From positions 143,034,001-143,098,000 of the forward strand of contig OZ024742.1 in the NCBI GenBank assembly GCA_964016885.1: a DNA stretch of 64,000 nucleotides, given 5' to 3'. Below the pieces are notes generated by a model. It made no database searches. It was given only the letters and a program-made list of their open reading frames with translations, and was not told where the DNA came from. Below, piece after piece: positions 1 through 46,449 of the stretch. This stretch comes from Eledone cirrhosa. Lineage: Eukaryota. The number at the start of each line of letters is the position of its first letter. Position 1 is the first letter of the stretch. Position numbers and translations under genes: made by a program.

Positions 1-3000
1 CAGCTGATGTGTTTTTGTTTATATTTAACAAACCGAATAACATAATTTGATAGTTGACATATTGGGGGTAAATCAAAATATAAGTAGTGAAATAATTAAG
101 ATATTTTATAAACTGAGTAACACAGTACAGAATTATAAAACAACTGAAACTTAAGCTTTCAGTAAAAGAACATAGTTTGCAATTAGCAAACTAGTAGACA
201 CACAAAGAGATAAGAAATACCATTATGTAGATTACAATTTAAAAAACAAAGCACTATTTGCAAGCTAGTGTGATTGTATATTATAGTATGATGAACTGTT
301 AAGGTAACAGTTATAAGTTATTGTAAATAAACACAGAAAATGCCATAACAGAGCAGAATCAAGTAGTCATTTGGAAGAAATGTTTTACAAGATAAATTAT
401 AACTTATCAAACGATATTACACAAGTGGATGTTTGAAAGAATGTACCCCTACCCTCATTTAAATTAGTCATTCAGTGAGCCTTATACACCCAATATCAGA
501 TTCTAGACAAAGTAAACAGTTACAAACCAAATTCAAAACATTTCTATTTCTTGTGACTTGAAAACCAAATTCAGGATAACTTGAAGAAAATAATTAGCAA
601 ATTCTCCGGTGATATGAAGGGCATAGTGAAAATACGAAATAGGCTATTAAAAAGTTTTCCATGAGGAACTTTAAAACCAACTATATCCTAATGAGTTAAA
701 TAAACAAAAGCTACTTGACGTATCAAATAAATAACATTACTATCATTTGCTTGAACATCTTAAACCTTATTATAAAACCAAACCAAAACGAATTATAAAG
801 ACCAATTGTTTGTGTTGGTCAGTGTGAGATGGAAACTATTAACTATCAGTATGGTTTTGCTTATATTTTTTCAATAAATCAAAAGACCTACAAACAAACA
901 TTGAGATCTAAAATACTTGATGAAAAAATAAATGCTAGGTTGTTTAACCAGAGAATCATCTGAAATGATCAAATACACCTGGTCGTGAGCATTCCATCTT
1001 ATTTGCAGACATATTTCGGACTTCATTATCCGACGTGGGTCTGCTTTAGAAGATAAGGGGTAATTTGTGAGAGATGTGGCTGTCTTGCAGATCTAGAGAC
1101 CGCGGAGATACTCGTGCATGTGTTGGTGTTCATCGGATCAGTTGAACCGTCCCTAACCACTGAATCCACAGCATCACGAACAGAGGTCGATCAGACGTCC
1201 GATGAAATCAACTAGTTGCGATTCCAACGGCGGATACCATATACGCAATTATCGATTGAGGATCCACTATGAATGCACACCCTTCCTCGTTGGCTTAGCA
1301 TAATTTTCCCTCTGCTAGCAATCCCGAAACAAGTGAAGCTAAAAACAACGTGTTTTATGTTATCCACTGAATGTCTGTACTCCACTGTCAACCTTCACTT
1401 TCTAGTTTGTCTTCTTTCTTAATCATATACATACACGTTTGAATCATCCAGAACCGGATAATGCAAACTATAATTTTGTTAATATTTCACTACTAATAAA
1501 TAACAAAACACATAACACACTTTCATTATTGCATCCATTACTATCTGTATTATAAGTAGGCTAAACTTAAACTAAAAAAGAACGTAATGACATTTCTACA
1601 ACTAGGAATTGGGTGGGGGGAAGCATTAATTAAAAATAAATAACTCATCTATAATCTTCGAAAACGTATCTGTAAAACTTCATTAAAAAATAAGCATTAA
1701 GAAAATTTACAGTATGGGGTCTATATGTAAAATAAACAGTTATCGCCCACACTATTTAATGTTAAACTTCTGAATTTAATACCGCACAAGAACTAAAACT
1801 GTTAGTTCATTTGAGAAACATGAATACCGCAAAAATGAAAGACTAAAATGTTCAGTATAGATTTTAATATTAACTGTTCGATGAGTAATTGCACGTTTTT
1901 TTTTTTTTATCAAGGTATTGATAACGAATAAAAAATGTATGTGGAAAGAAATCAAATACATGATTGTGACTATTTCTTTTAGGTTAATGTCATGCTTGTT
2001 TTGTTATAAACCTGTTGGATGACTATAAAATCCAATAGTAACCACTGAAAATTGCCCTCACTCACAAGGATTGAAATAAGTTGTATGGAAACACTAAGCT
2101 GACGCACAATATTTATATATCTATATATATAATCGTGTGTGAGTGAGTTATGTAATACACACTTGTATTATGGAATGAAAACAAGCTGAACTTCCGGAGA
2201 ATCGAAAACCAATGCAAACGGTATCAAATTAGCATAGAAAACTGTTCCCACTCGCTGAGTATTATATCACTACTAAACTGAAAAAAGTAAACGAAAGAGA
2301 AATAGTGCCATGTAGATAAACCCTACAAGTTACAAGAACTGTAAGAAGAGGAGGAGGGGGGGGGGGAGACATATAGCATATTTCTTCTGTAAGATTAGAC
2401 ACATGACATTAAGGTTATTTGCTTTGTACATTGTGTAAACAGTTGTTGTGGAATCGTATCTCACTTTCGATGCATTCTGACCATAATAGGAGAATATCAA
2501 TTTAGGAAAAGTATGGAGAACATGCTATGGAGAGTGATTAAATTGCAGTATTACGCTAGAATTCTCAGTGCAAGATAACTAGAAAAAAAAAGGAGGGGGG
2601 GGGTATGCAATTGTTTTCTCGATATATAAAGTGTCATTAATAATTATATAAAATAAATGAAGGAAGAATGAGGTGACAGTGGAGGGGGGAGGGGGCACCG
2701 TATTGAGTTAAGTTTAGGAAATATACATGACAGTTCTGCACCGAAATTAATAGAGAACGTGTTGAATTTCTGAAGGTGGTTTCAGAAAGACCTTTTCCCC
2801 AATCCCAACCCCACCTAGTTTCATATAATTGTAGAGTTGAAGTTGTGTTACAACAATCATGCTACTATAACTATTTTCTTTTTAACTGTTATGAAATATC
2901 CTTTTAACAATGAAATATCGAAAATGCCTATAGTTCGTATGAATTGCAGTGACAAGAGTTGTAATTAAATATTTATATTTTTTGGGAGGTGGGGGGTGAG

Positions 3001-3148
3001 GTTGGTAAAATAGATTCAGATGATTGGAAAAAGGCTGTTAATTTATATAAAGTCTGAGAAAAGGATACGTTGAGAATTATATAAATAAAATGTGAAATTG
3101 CCGATGATTGAGAGGAACAAGAAATGATGATAATAATAATAATAATAC

Positions 3149-3368
3149 CTTTGTAGCGGACCCAGAGCCCGTCTAGCTTTCTTTTGTCCACAACAGGAGG
3201 TCGAGACTGATCTGTATTGTAGCGGTCCGGATCATGAAAATAGTTATCGACGGCTACATCGAGTTTCCAGTCATGCAAACCCAGACAACTAATGGCAACC
3301 TTCTCGCTAGTTTGGGTGCAGGAAGTGAATTGCCGGACTTTGTCTTTCTGAGAGGTCTTCATCTTGTG
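3149..3368 (-). CDS. DCUN1D1: DCN1-like protein (DCUN1D1/2 co-ortholog), coding exon 2, UBA-like domain; gene continues beyond the left edge of the window
   Basis: Translation HKMKTSQKDKVRQFTSCTQTSEKVAISCLGLHDWKLDVAVDNYFHDPDRY...DKRKLDGLWVRYK is the DCN1 UBA-like N-terminus. AG acceptor at 3370-3369, phase-1 GT donor at 3148-3147. No PONY-domain exon was found in 1-3148. Confidence 0.9.
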
Positions 3369-3526
3369 CTATAGTAAAAGAACGAATACTAGTTATTAAT
3401 GCTAGGCTCATGCCTTTCACTGGGAAACTAACATATACGTTCATTTGACTGCTTAACAACCAGAAAATATAAATAATGATCAGAATCTGCAATATAGAAC
3501 TATGTCGACAGAAGGATTACACTCAC

Positions 3527-3529
3527 CAT
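3527..3529 (-). CDS. DCUN1D1: DCN1-like protein, coding exon 1 (start codon only, ATG|gtgagt)
   Basis: Minus strand reads ATG followed by strong donor GTGAGT (3526-3521). Splicing to ttttactatag|3368 gives M-HKMKTSQKDKVRQF, matching the DCUN1D1/2 N-terminus (MNKLKSSQKDKVRQF / MHKLKSSQKDKVRQF). Confidence 0.8.
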
Positions 3530-3833
3530 ATTTCTTCCCTCATAGTAACTTCGCCAACCGGCCACCACAATGTGAGCATGCGCCAACACAGGGCAACGCA
3601 CAAATTATTTGTTATTAATAAAAATCATTATTAAATATCTAGTAATTAATTTTTACCCATGATATTACTTATAAGAGATCTCACTTTAAAATATATTTAA
3701 TTTATTCCTGTATTTTCTAAATCACGTTGGAACGCAATTTTTACTATCACGTGATCATCGGTTTTCCCGCCGTTTTAAAAAACTTTTGGAGCCAAATTAT
3801 CTTTGTTACAGCTGAATATTTTCCTACCTAAAG
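3530..3833. promoter_or_regulatory. Bidirectional promoter/5' UTR region shared by DCUN1D (-) and MCM7 (+)
   Basis: 304 bp between divergent start codons. Contains E2F site TTTCCCGCC (3763-3771), palindromic E-box ATCACGTGAT (3746-3755) and NRF1-like GCATGCGC (3576-3583). Confidence 0.7.
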
Positions 3834-36656
<32,823 letters not shown>

Positions 36657-36879
36657 ACAGTTTTTTATCTCATAGTCTTGTATCTTTTTGTATAAATATT
36701 TCATTATATTTTTGGCATTCTTTTGATTTTATTGTGTATTTACACACATACACATTTATATTATATTGCATTTTGTCAACAATAAGCATGGCACATTAGT
36801 TATTTTGTCAACAGGTCAGTTGCTGGTTCAGTGCATTTACTATGATAGTAACAAGGGAGCTTCTATGAAACTTGGTCAG

Positions 36880-36885
36880 AATAAA
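36880..36885 (+). terminator. Candidate polyadenylation signal of MCM7
   Basis: First AATAAA seen after the stop codon, followed by GU/U-rich sequence (36911-36935). Confidence 0.45.
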
Positions 36886-38419
36886 TGTCAAGCGTTTTGT
36901 TCCAAATCATTGGTTTATTGTTTTGGTTTTTTTTTCTTACCAATATGTTTCACCAGTATGCATCAGTTGAAGAAACAACATTTACATACACGTGTACATA
37001 ATGAGTTTCTACCCAGTTTCTCTTTACCAAATTCCACTAACAGGGCATTGGTCAACCCAAAGCTTTGTTAGAAGACTATTGCCCTAGGTGTTGCACAGTG
37101 CAGTTGAAACTAGAACTATGTGGTTGTGAAGTGAACTTTATAACTACACAACCATATCTGTGTTGATGCACATTTCAAAATAGATGTGATAATTATTTGT
37201 TTACCAACTTTCACTCTGTAAGAATTTTGCAACTAAATTCTACAATAGAAAACTCCTCTAAAATGCCACTATGTGGCATTCATCTTGTTTAGCTGGGGGT
37301 CAGTCCTGATCGAACTTGCAACCTCATAATTGCGAATCCATTGCCCTAACCCTTAAGCTACATGACAGACCAAGCATTTTGGCTGTGGCTTTGGCATCTT
37401 TTCTGGGATACATTCAATGTCTTTTTTTTTTCTTTTAAAATATGATACAGTCTCTATTGGAGGGTATTAGGGGGTGCTATTTGTAACAGGGAATGGATAT
37501 ATTTTACATCTATGTTCTTCCATAATTGAACATCACCATTGATTTAATTGCTTCTAACCATTATTGCCACAGTACAGTACAGTCATTTCTCTTTCATTAT
37601 GATTTCAATATCAAAATAAACTCATAATGTGGTAGACTTAAGAGGTTTTCTTTGAGGAAATTTTAAGCATTTTCTTTTTTTCTACATTATATTTAAATAA
37701 ATGGTAATAGTGTCTTATTAGGCAGCCAGTTGGCAGAGTCATTAGAACGTTGGATAAGCTGTTTTCCAGTACATATTCTAGCTCAGCTCGGTTAAAATCC
37801 TGACAAAGTGAACATTGTCTATCATTTTTTCGAGATAATAAGGTACCACTAAATTGGAAGAACTGTTAGAAGAAAATTGTACAACATCCCTTTTGGAATG
37901 TTAGACAGTATTTCTTTTGGCTCTTTGAGCTTTGAGTTCAAATTCTATTAGCCTCCTTGTGGTGGGAAGTGGGGCTTATAGGACTTGTATCACAACGATG
38001 TGCTTCCAATATTAGATGGTGTGATGAATTGACCAGAATATGTTGACTACATCAGTATTCATGAATGCAGAGCCTGCACTGAAGCAGGATAAATACTAAG
38101 AGAAAAAGTGTTCTGGGTTATCTGTATAAGTTAATCTTGTGTAGCTTAGTGGTTAAAGAATTGGATTCGCAGTCGTGAGGCTGCAAGTTTGATTCCTGGA
38201 CTGGGTGATGTGTTTATATGAAAGCTAGTTATCTTTGTTAAGGTGGCAAATTGACAACTGTTAAAGCACTGTAGAATGTCTTGCAGGATTCATTCTGGCT
38301 GAGTTCAAATCCTGCTGAATTCAACCTTGCTCTTCATCACTTTGAAGTTGATAAACTGATAGTCAAGTAGTGTTGATTCTTGCTTTCTTTGTTGAAACTG
38401 GCTCTCAGACCTGGAATTG

Positions 38420-38910
38420 CTTCTGCCAGGTTTAAACCACTCAAGATACGATAGGACTGCCCTATCTCCATCAGGAGTTGAGGGTTTGAGAAAGGTTGAC
38501 TGTGTGATGCTGCATGGTAGTGAGATATAGTCAGTGACTGCAGAGGATATGCGATGACTAGAGAGAAGTAAAGGAAGCATGCTTTGATGGATGTGCAATA
38601 TTTTGCGTGAATGACAAAAGACAGATGAACTGAGATAAACTAGGTATAAGAGGAATCAGGTATGTGCAAGAGAGAAGACTACGCTGGTATGGATGTGATG
38701 CACGTAGGTGAGGATTGAAGTGCCAAGAAATCCTAGTGGAAGGGAGCCGCAGTAGAGGAAAACAAGAATGGAGGTGGTGAGAGCTGATATCAAATCTTTA
38801 AAGCTCACAGAGATAAACGAAGGAACATGATGATTGGAGAGATGCTGTGCTGAATCGTCCTGTTCAACCCATGCAAGTATGGAACAGCAGACGTGAAATG
38901 ATGGTGATGA
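38420..38910 (+). mobile_element. RTE-clade LINE 3' fragment
   Basis: MLHGSEI*SVTAEDMRRLERSKGSML*WMCN; tail AACCCATGCAAGTATGGAAC..GACGTGAAATGATGGTGATG. Confidence 0.7.
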
Positions 38911-41900
38911 AGGAAGAAGCTCTTATGACTAGCATGTGGTTGTTGACATCCTATTGACTGAGTCAATTAACTGACATTTAAATACTAATATTAAATTCTC
39001 ATCGCAGCTAAAGCTGGAAATGACCTCTCTTAAAACTTTTTATAATACTGAAGTTGCTGTTAGCACACATGTATGGTTAAGAAAATCACTTTGCAACAGT
39101 AAGGTTCTAGGTTCAATCCTACAGTGCAGTACCTTCGGTTAGCGTCTTTTATCACAGCCTCGAGTTAACCAATACTTTGTGAGTGGAATTTTGAAAAAGG
39201 AAATTATGCAAAAGCCCAGTATGGAAAACGGACGTTAAATGATATGTATATTTTTCACCAATATAAATCGCAAGAGTAGAGTCGTTAGAACGTCAGATAG
39301 AATACTTTGCAGTATTCGTTCCAGCTTTCTCCTCCCTCAGTTCAAATTCCGCCGAGGCAAAACTTTGCCTTTCATCCATTCGAGGTCAATAAAAAAAAAA
39401 AGTACCAATCGATTCTTCCTCTATATCTCTTTCTCTCTTTCTTTCTCTCACTCTATCCTTCTCTGGAAGAACTCTGCTGTATTCAGACCAGGAGAGGTGA
39501 TGGGCTCCACTAGGTTTAAAAATGCCCTAAGAAACGTCATATCTCAATATGGAACCTCTACAACTCCCTCGGGAGTTACGAGTCAATATCATACCATATT
39601 ACCAAAAGATGTAAACATTGACAAGAATACCACAAAGCTATTCCTTGTGAATATAATTCTGTGTAGTATTTGTTCCATTCGAGTTGCACAGGTAATCACA
39701 TGTCACACCTGTCATAAAAAAATGTAGCGAATCAGTAATTAGCTCGGTGGAAGCCTGTAACCATGGATGCTGAATTTAATGTCATCCAATTTGTTGCCTG
39801 GCACCGTTAGTGTTATTAATTGTTTCTACTTTTGGCACAAGGCCAGCAATTACCCAGTACATTACTAGTACTTTATTTTATTAATGGTGTCTAATTTAGG
39901 CACAAGGCTAACGATTTTGCGGGAGGGGAAAGTCGATTAAATCGAACCCAGTACCTTACTGGTGATATATTTTATCAACTCTGTAAGGATGAAAGGTTAA
40001 GCTAACTTCGGTGGGATTTGAACTTAGAACGTGAAGGGCCGTAATTATATACCACAACGCATGTTGTCTGACGCTCTACCGATATTGCCAATCCACCGCT
40101 CTCTAACAATGATTTCTAGTAGAGGCACAAGGCCAGTAATTTTGGGGGAGGAGAAAGTCGATGAAATCGACCCCAGTACGTTATTGGTGCTTTATTTTAT
40201 CGACCCGTAAGGATGAAAGGTAAAGTTAACCTCGGTGGGATTTGAACTCAGACCGTAAAGGACCGTAACTATGCTGCAAAGCATGGTGTCCGACTCTACC
40301 GATACTGCCAATCCACTGCTCTCTAACAATGGTAATAATATGTGTATGAATAACAACACGGTACTATTATACAGTAAATGTGATATAAAATAAATATGTT
40401 GGATGTTTATATTCTACCATCGTGGTAACGTGTAGTCGACTTTTACCACTGGTTTTCTGGTATCAACACAACAGTAACATATATTATGAAATGTTAGGGG
40501 AGAGCTAAAAGTCTTCTTAACGACAGCAACATAATGACTATGTAAAATGATTGCTGTGAACTCTTGGGGTCAGTTAATCATATACAGCTGTGGTTGGTTT
40601 GTCCTGTTACCGTTGGCTACATACATACAGGCAGGCAGTAAAATATTGGATAAACAACACGACATATATTCTGTTGAGTCAAAAAGCATCTGGAAATGTT
40701 AAACGTTCGAGTAACGAGAACAATAAACAGGTATTCATGCACATACACTACTTTATTTAATAAACGGATTTTCAGGAGGCTTTTAGTAATTTTTATTGCT
40801 TTTAGAATGGGTTTATTGAATCATATATGTATTTAAATTTCTAGGTTTAATGAAGTATATTCGCAAAAAAATTCTATCATGGTCTTTATATATGGTACAA
40901 ATACCATTTTCATCTCATCTGGTTTTATGGGATTTCTTTGGCTTACGTTATTGATACCTAAGTGTAACATTTACTGCAAGATATATCAGAGTTATCTTTC
41001 TTACATCATTTACGTCAATAATTGAATTGGGGGGGGGGGGGGGGAGAAAATACAACTCTACTAAGTTTAAGTTAAATTAGATTTATTATTGAAAATTATA
41101 TTATCAGAATGAAATGAAAATTAGATATTGACAAATACAATTAACAAAAGGTAATCTGAGGTTATTGAGAAAAATATGCTTATTTTATATATAATCTCTG
41201 ATTTGAAAATATAAAAAAAATTGCATTGCAAATTTGCTTGTAGAGATTTATTATATAAAATATAGAAAAACTTGAATTAAATTAAATTTTCTTTTCGTGA
41301 ACCATTTTATTCTGAATATATTGTATGGAATTAGACGCTAATATATTTATTCTCAATTATAAAGATGATAGATTTTCATTTTCCCCCTGTATTGGAAATA
41401 TTGTTGAATATTTAATATTTATATAAAAAAAAAAAAAATTCTTTGACATTTATATTTCGACAATGTTATGGTAGGAATAATTTGAAAATGTAGATATTTA
41501 GATACATATAAAGGTAATATTTTTAGGGCTTCGTGCTTTGATGTGAAGTGAGAGTGGAATTTGCTTGTCTATATGAAGCAGTCTCGATCAGTATTTTACA
41601 TTATAATAAAATACAAGTAAATCTATTTCACATGCTACCACCATAAAGGAAACTTAAGGGTTAGTCCACTTTGTTGTCCCGAAGGACAGGGCGAAGAAGA
41701 CATTGCCCTGGAGGATAGCAAGCAAGACGCACTGGAACAGCCACTCCAGCTCGCGATGCTCGAACATGCAAGTAGCCAACACCACTCTAATAGCAGTGAG
41801 TAGGGATGTGGTCCGGGGGTACAAGAATGCTGAGCCTGGCAGTCAATTAAACAGTATCCCGTTATACTCATTGTACCCAACACGATGTATGTAGTCATGA

Positions 41901-42469
41901 TCATATAGTCAATTCTCTAGGGACCCTATTCTTATAAACATTGAGCTCCAATGACTATATTAAAATTAGTTTTATGTTCAAAGAGAGACCTGTCGGCCTT
42001 GATAAATAAAGTAACTGACTACGGGAGGTGAAATATATTGATACTTTATTATTGGAGTCGTTGCAGCATCAGATATTTGATTTGGCTATTTGTGTTCTGA
42101 GCTCAAATCCAGCCATTGCCTCGAGTGGTAGATTTTTTTTATCGGTTGTTCAGTTTAACACTGTCAACTGGTTCTTTAACGGAACCTAATCCGTTGCAAG
42201 CATTATAGCTACACTTTTTATTCAGTCTTGGAGGCCCCTTAATGGAGCCATTGGTATTATTCTTTCTTTTAACTAAGTGGTTAATTGGAACTATGTTATT
42301 GGTATTTATTGAACCTGAGAATATACGGAAATCAAAGTGAACACTAGTAGGATTTTAACTGTAAAACATTTGCACCCCATTGTTCTGCTTTGGTAGTGAT
42401 TAGTTTGATAGTTTACTATTCCAAAATTTATGTATTATAATATTATCAATAATCTTGTACTGTACCTCG

Positions 42470-42730
42470 AGTCCGGAGGTCCATCAGACCGGTGCTTGTA
42501 TCGGTTCCATTGGTTCCATTGGTGTTAAATGACCGAAAGTACAAAACTAGCCCCCTGGACAGGACACCAGTTCATTGCAGGGTTAATCCCCAGCTATTGC
42601 TGGTACTCATTTCCAATTGAACAACGAGAAATTAAGTGCTTTGCTCAAGAACACAACGCATCACCCAGTTCAAGAATCGAATTCACCACATTATGATCGT
42701 TAGTCCAACGCTCTAACTGCTCGGCCACGC
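42470..42730 (-). mobile_element. tRNA-derived SINE with CORE-like and V-domain-like segments
   Basis: Minus strand: GCGTGGCCGAGCAGTTAGAGCG head, B box, TTCTTGAGCAAAGCAC, then CCCTGCAATGAACTGGTGTCCTGTCCAGGGGG. Confidence 0.55.
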
Positions 42731-45700
42731 ACATGAACGGTTGATCATGGGTTTCCGACGATCTGCCGAGAATTGCTTGGATATTTGGGATATATCAGGT
42801 TTAATGTAAGAACAAGTCAATTTGGCTGAGTTCACCTCTTGAAGCAATGATACATTCGGCGTTGCTAATTCATCATTTAGCAAGTATTTCAGCTAATGAA
42901 TTTCCCCGCGGAGTTACAGGCTTTTGAAAGATATGCAAATTTAAACTGATTTTATTAACTAACAACAAATGTGTTTTCTTAGTTTCATCTTTCAATCAAA
43001 CGATCCATGTAGCTGAATATTCAGTTAAATAAATGGTAAATATTTACTTGTTTAATGAGATGGCTGGTGTTGCTTTGTTGATACTATATTTCAGATGCCA
43101 GGTTCAATGACCGACAGTTTTAAGTATAGATCACGTTCTATAAAGCGTCTATTTATGGAAACTAGTTTCAAATCTTTAATTTTAATCCTTACCAGCTTCA
43201 TTGCGAACGCTTATACAATTTACACTGAAAATATAAACTTAAATCACGCCTTCCCACGAGGCTCTGTGAACTGTAGTTTTGGAACCGTAGATGTGATGGC
43301 TTAAATGAAATGAAGAATACAATTTGTTACTGGTTACATGTTGTCGAATCTTTGGCTGCTAACTAAGCAGATACACTATTGATTATGGAAACAAACTTTT
43401 GTGGTGTGAATATGTTAAATCTTATTTCACTCATTCTGAATAGCAGAAAAGAATTTCTGCAGAAATAATAGAGATAAATGCTTTAGTAAAGGGAGGTAAA
43501 TCAAAGCTCATCTCATTCTCATAGCCTTGATACATAGAAACTAATCATCATCCCCATCATAGCTTTGGCATAAAGTAAACTATTGTAGAAAATCGCTATT
43601 CTTTTTATTTTATTTTATCTTTTTATTAAATTTTAAAATTTTGATTTCGCCATTATTTATGCTTATTTCAAAACATCTTTAATTTTTTGTTGTTGTTGTT
43701 AGTTCAACATTCAAATCCTAAATTATTAATTCGGTTAAGCTCAAATAACGAATTATCGGTTATCCATAAATTTTTTTGGTGCAAGGGAGATAATTGTTTT
43801 TTTTTCCCTCCCAAATTAATTATTATTTGGCAGGTTGAAATGATAAATACTATTTTCAGATCACAGTATCTAGACAGCTGATTTTTTTATGAATGTGTTT
43901 ATATGGTGGTTGAGGTGATGGGGAGAAAATCATTATCTGTGAATTCTATCACTTGTATACAAATCATTTTTGTGGAACTTGCTTAATAAACAGACATAAA
44001 AAAAAATGTACAGTTAGATTTTACCTGAAGCAACTTTCATTAATTCATGTTATGCATTCCTGTGTGAAAATGACGCAAAACTACTTTCAGGTAAACAGCG
44101 AGTAAATATTTCTGACAAGTGGAGTCAAATATGATAAAATTATTTTTTGTGGCTTTTGGGAGTACAGATAAGTGATTTATTATAAACCCGCTTGCAAACG
44201 AGTGAACATCGCGATCATTCGCTAGAAATAACAGCAAAATCATCATCTTCAAAGCACACCCTATCATATTAAAAACTGATAGACACTTTCGATAATGTAG
44301 CATATATCATATAAAATGACGACGAGAGAGTCATGTTTGGAATGACCTTAATCATAAATATTCTCGATCAAGGCTAACAATAACAACAATTATTTGCTTG
44401 GGAAAATCAGAGACCCAAGAAAGAAAATATCCTGCATAGTTGATCTATAAAATTCCATTTGAGCTTACAAAGGCCTTTGCCTTTCCCTTGAACAACATGA
44501 AGAAGGGAGAAAAGTAAGCATTGCCGACTGCTGGTCTTCGACAGAAATACCTTGCCTGGGCTTGTACCTCGAAGGAGAACTTTCTTGGTGTAAACCCATG
44601 TTAAGTCCCAGGTCAAATCTGATTGAGCAGATTATGATGAAAAGCATATTGTTTCAGGCGCAATGATTTATTCAATGTGTTTCTTTTTTTTTTCAAAAGG
44701 CAGTAGAAAGGGAAATTTGACTGCTGTTCCTAGCATGTACACTGGCCACGAAGAGGCTCACTCACTGGTTGATTTTTGTTAAGGCTGTGGAGGTATAAAA
44801 GAAATACAAAACAAAACAGAATAAAAATCTGAATAACACATAAACTAAATTTGTGACTCCTGAAAAATAATAAATAGCTCATGTACAAATTAATGACGTT
44901 ACAAATATTTTGGAGGAAAATTTCACCGGAGATGACAAGAACTTGATTGTTTTTGTTGTTGTTTAGCCCAGGTAAGCTCGGTTCGAACAGTCCTTTGGTA
45001 ATCTAGGCAACCAGTGGAACTGCTACTTACGATCCACAGCTCCAGATATACCATTCCTTTTGTCTTTGCTTACTGAACGACCAGGCTGTATGTTCCAACA
45101 TCATATGAGGTATTGTGGGGCAAGCGAATTAACAGATTCGTCAGACCGTTCGATAGAATGCCTTATGGTACTTCTTGCTCCTTGCATTCTGAGATCTATT
45201 TTTTCTGTTATCCCTCCCCTCTCTTCTTTTTTCGTGATTGCCATGCAAAAGTTAAGCTATGTATCATTGCATTTCGCCGATTCGGCCGGGAATAATCAGC
45301 TACTTACTTTCTTGTGGTAGGAATTTAGTTGGACAAACACCTGAAAGATCATCGTCGAGAGTGACGGAGACAGTATAATAGTTTAGCATGTTGCTTTTCT
45401 GCTTGTTTAGTCGTTTTGTATAACTTCTTCTTGCGTATGAGACTGTTGCTGTCTCAAGTTGTCGTTTGCCTGCTCGAGATCAGTGACCAGTGATCAGTTT
45501 CCAGGGTCCAATGTGCGGGGGTCGACAACTTGGGCTTCTTTGTATAGCTGGTGACTTTGAAAATGGCTAAACTGAAACTGGTGTCACCCGTAGCGCAGAA
45601 TTTGCTCTCCGCATTTGTGTGACGCTTATTTTCTGCAACTACTTTGTCATTAAGGCGGCGAATTGACAGAATCGTTATGGCGTTGGATTAAAAATGCCTC

Positions 45701-46195
45701 GGTATTTGTTCCGGTTCACTGTGCTCTGAGTTTAAATCACGCAGTGTGTCCTTTCGAGGTCGATAAATAAAGTACCAGTCTAGTATCGATTCTTTCTATC
45801 TCTTTTTCTGGAGAGGGATAGGCTCCGCTAGGTTTGATATGCTCAGCATATACGGTTTGTCAGGGTGAATGCTATTTCTATTAATTGAAGTGACCATATA
45901 GCGACCATATAGTTGAGCATGGCGAACAAATACCGCAAAGCATTCAATCTGACCTTCTAACGGCTCTACCAATTCGCCACTTATGAAGTTAATAATGTGG
46001 AACTTAATAGTCATAGTGAACAATATCTCTAAGAACTGTGGATAGAGTTACTTTAAGTCATTATAGTTATTTAAAGAGGAACTAATTAAAAAGAAACATG
46101 CATATCATTACAAATTAGAGCGATATTTCTAGAAATGCTAATCCTTACTTTTAAATAATCCAGTGACAACGGTTGAGTTATGAGTTCAAGTCCAA

Positions 46196-46370
46196 CCAGG
46201 TCACTCCTGAATGCTACTGGTAACATGTAACCCAGTACAACCTGTCACGACTAAACCGGCAATCCAACCAAGTTAGCTTGGTGACGAGGGTGATTTTGGA
46301 TACCCTGCAGGATGAAAAACAGAACCTAACAACGAGCGGAGGAACTTGTGTGAATCAGGGGCCATCAAAT
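46196..46370 (+). mobile_element. Copy of a structured RTE-like 5' leader repeat
   Basis: Similar to 58913-59100 (GCTACTGGTAACATGTA.CCCAGTACAACCTGTC...CTTGGTGA.GAGGGTGA.TTTGGA...CCTGCAGGA), with an internal deletion. Confidence 0.7.
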
Positions 46371-46449
46371 AGTGTGTATATATGTATATATATTGTATGG
46401 GTGTGTAAATACGTATATGTTAATTTAAGAGTGTGCAGAGCTGTAGTAA

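Noticed and set aside
2973-3148. C-terminal extension of the 129-aa ORF (GIIIIIII...)
   Set aside because: Read-through into intron 2 past the GT donor at 3148.
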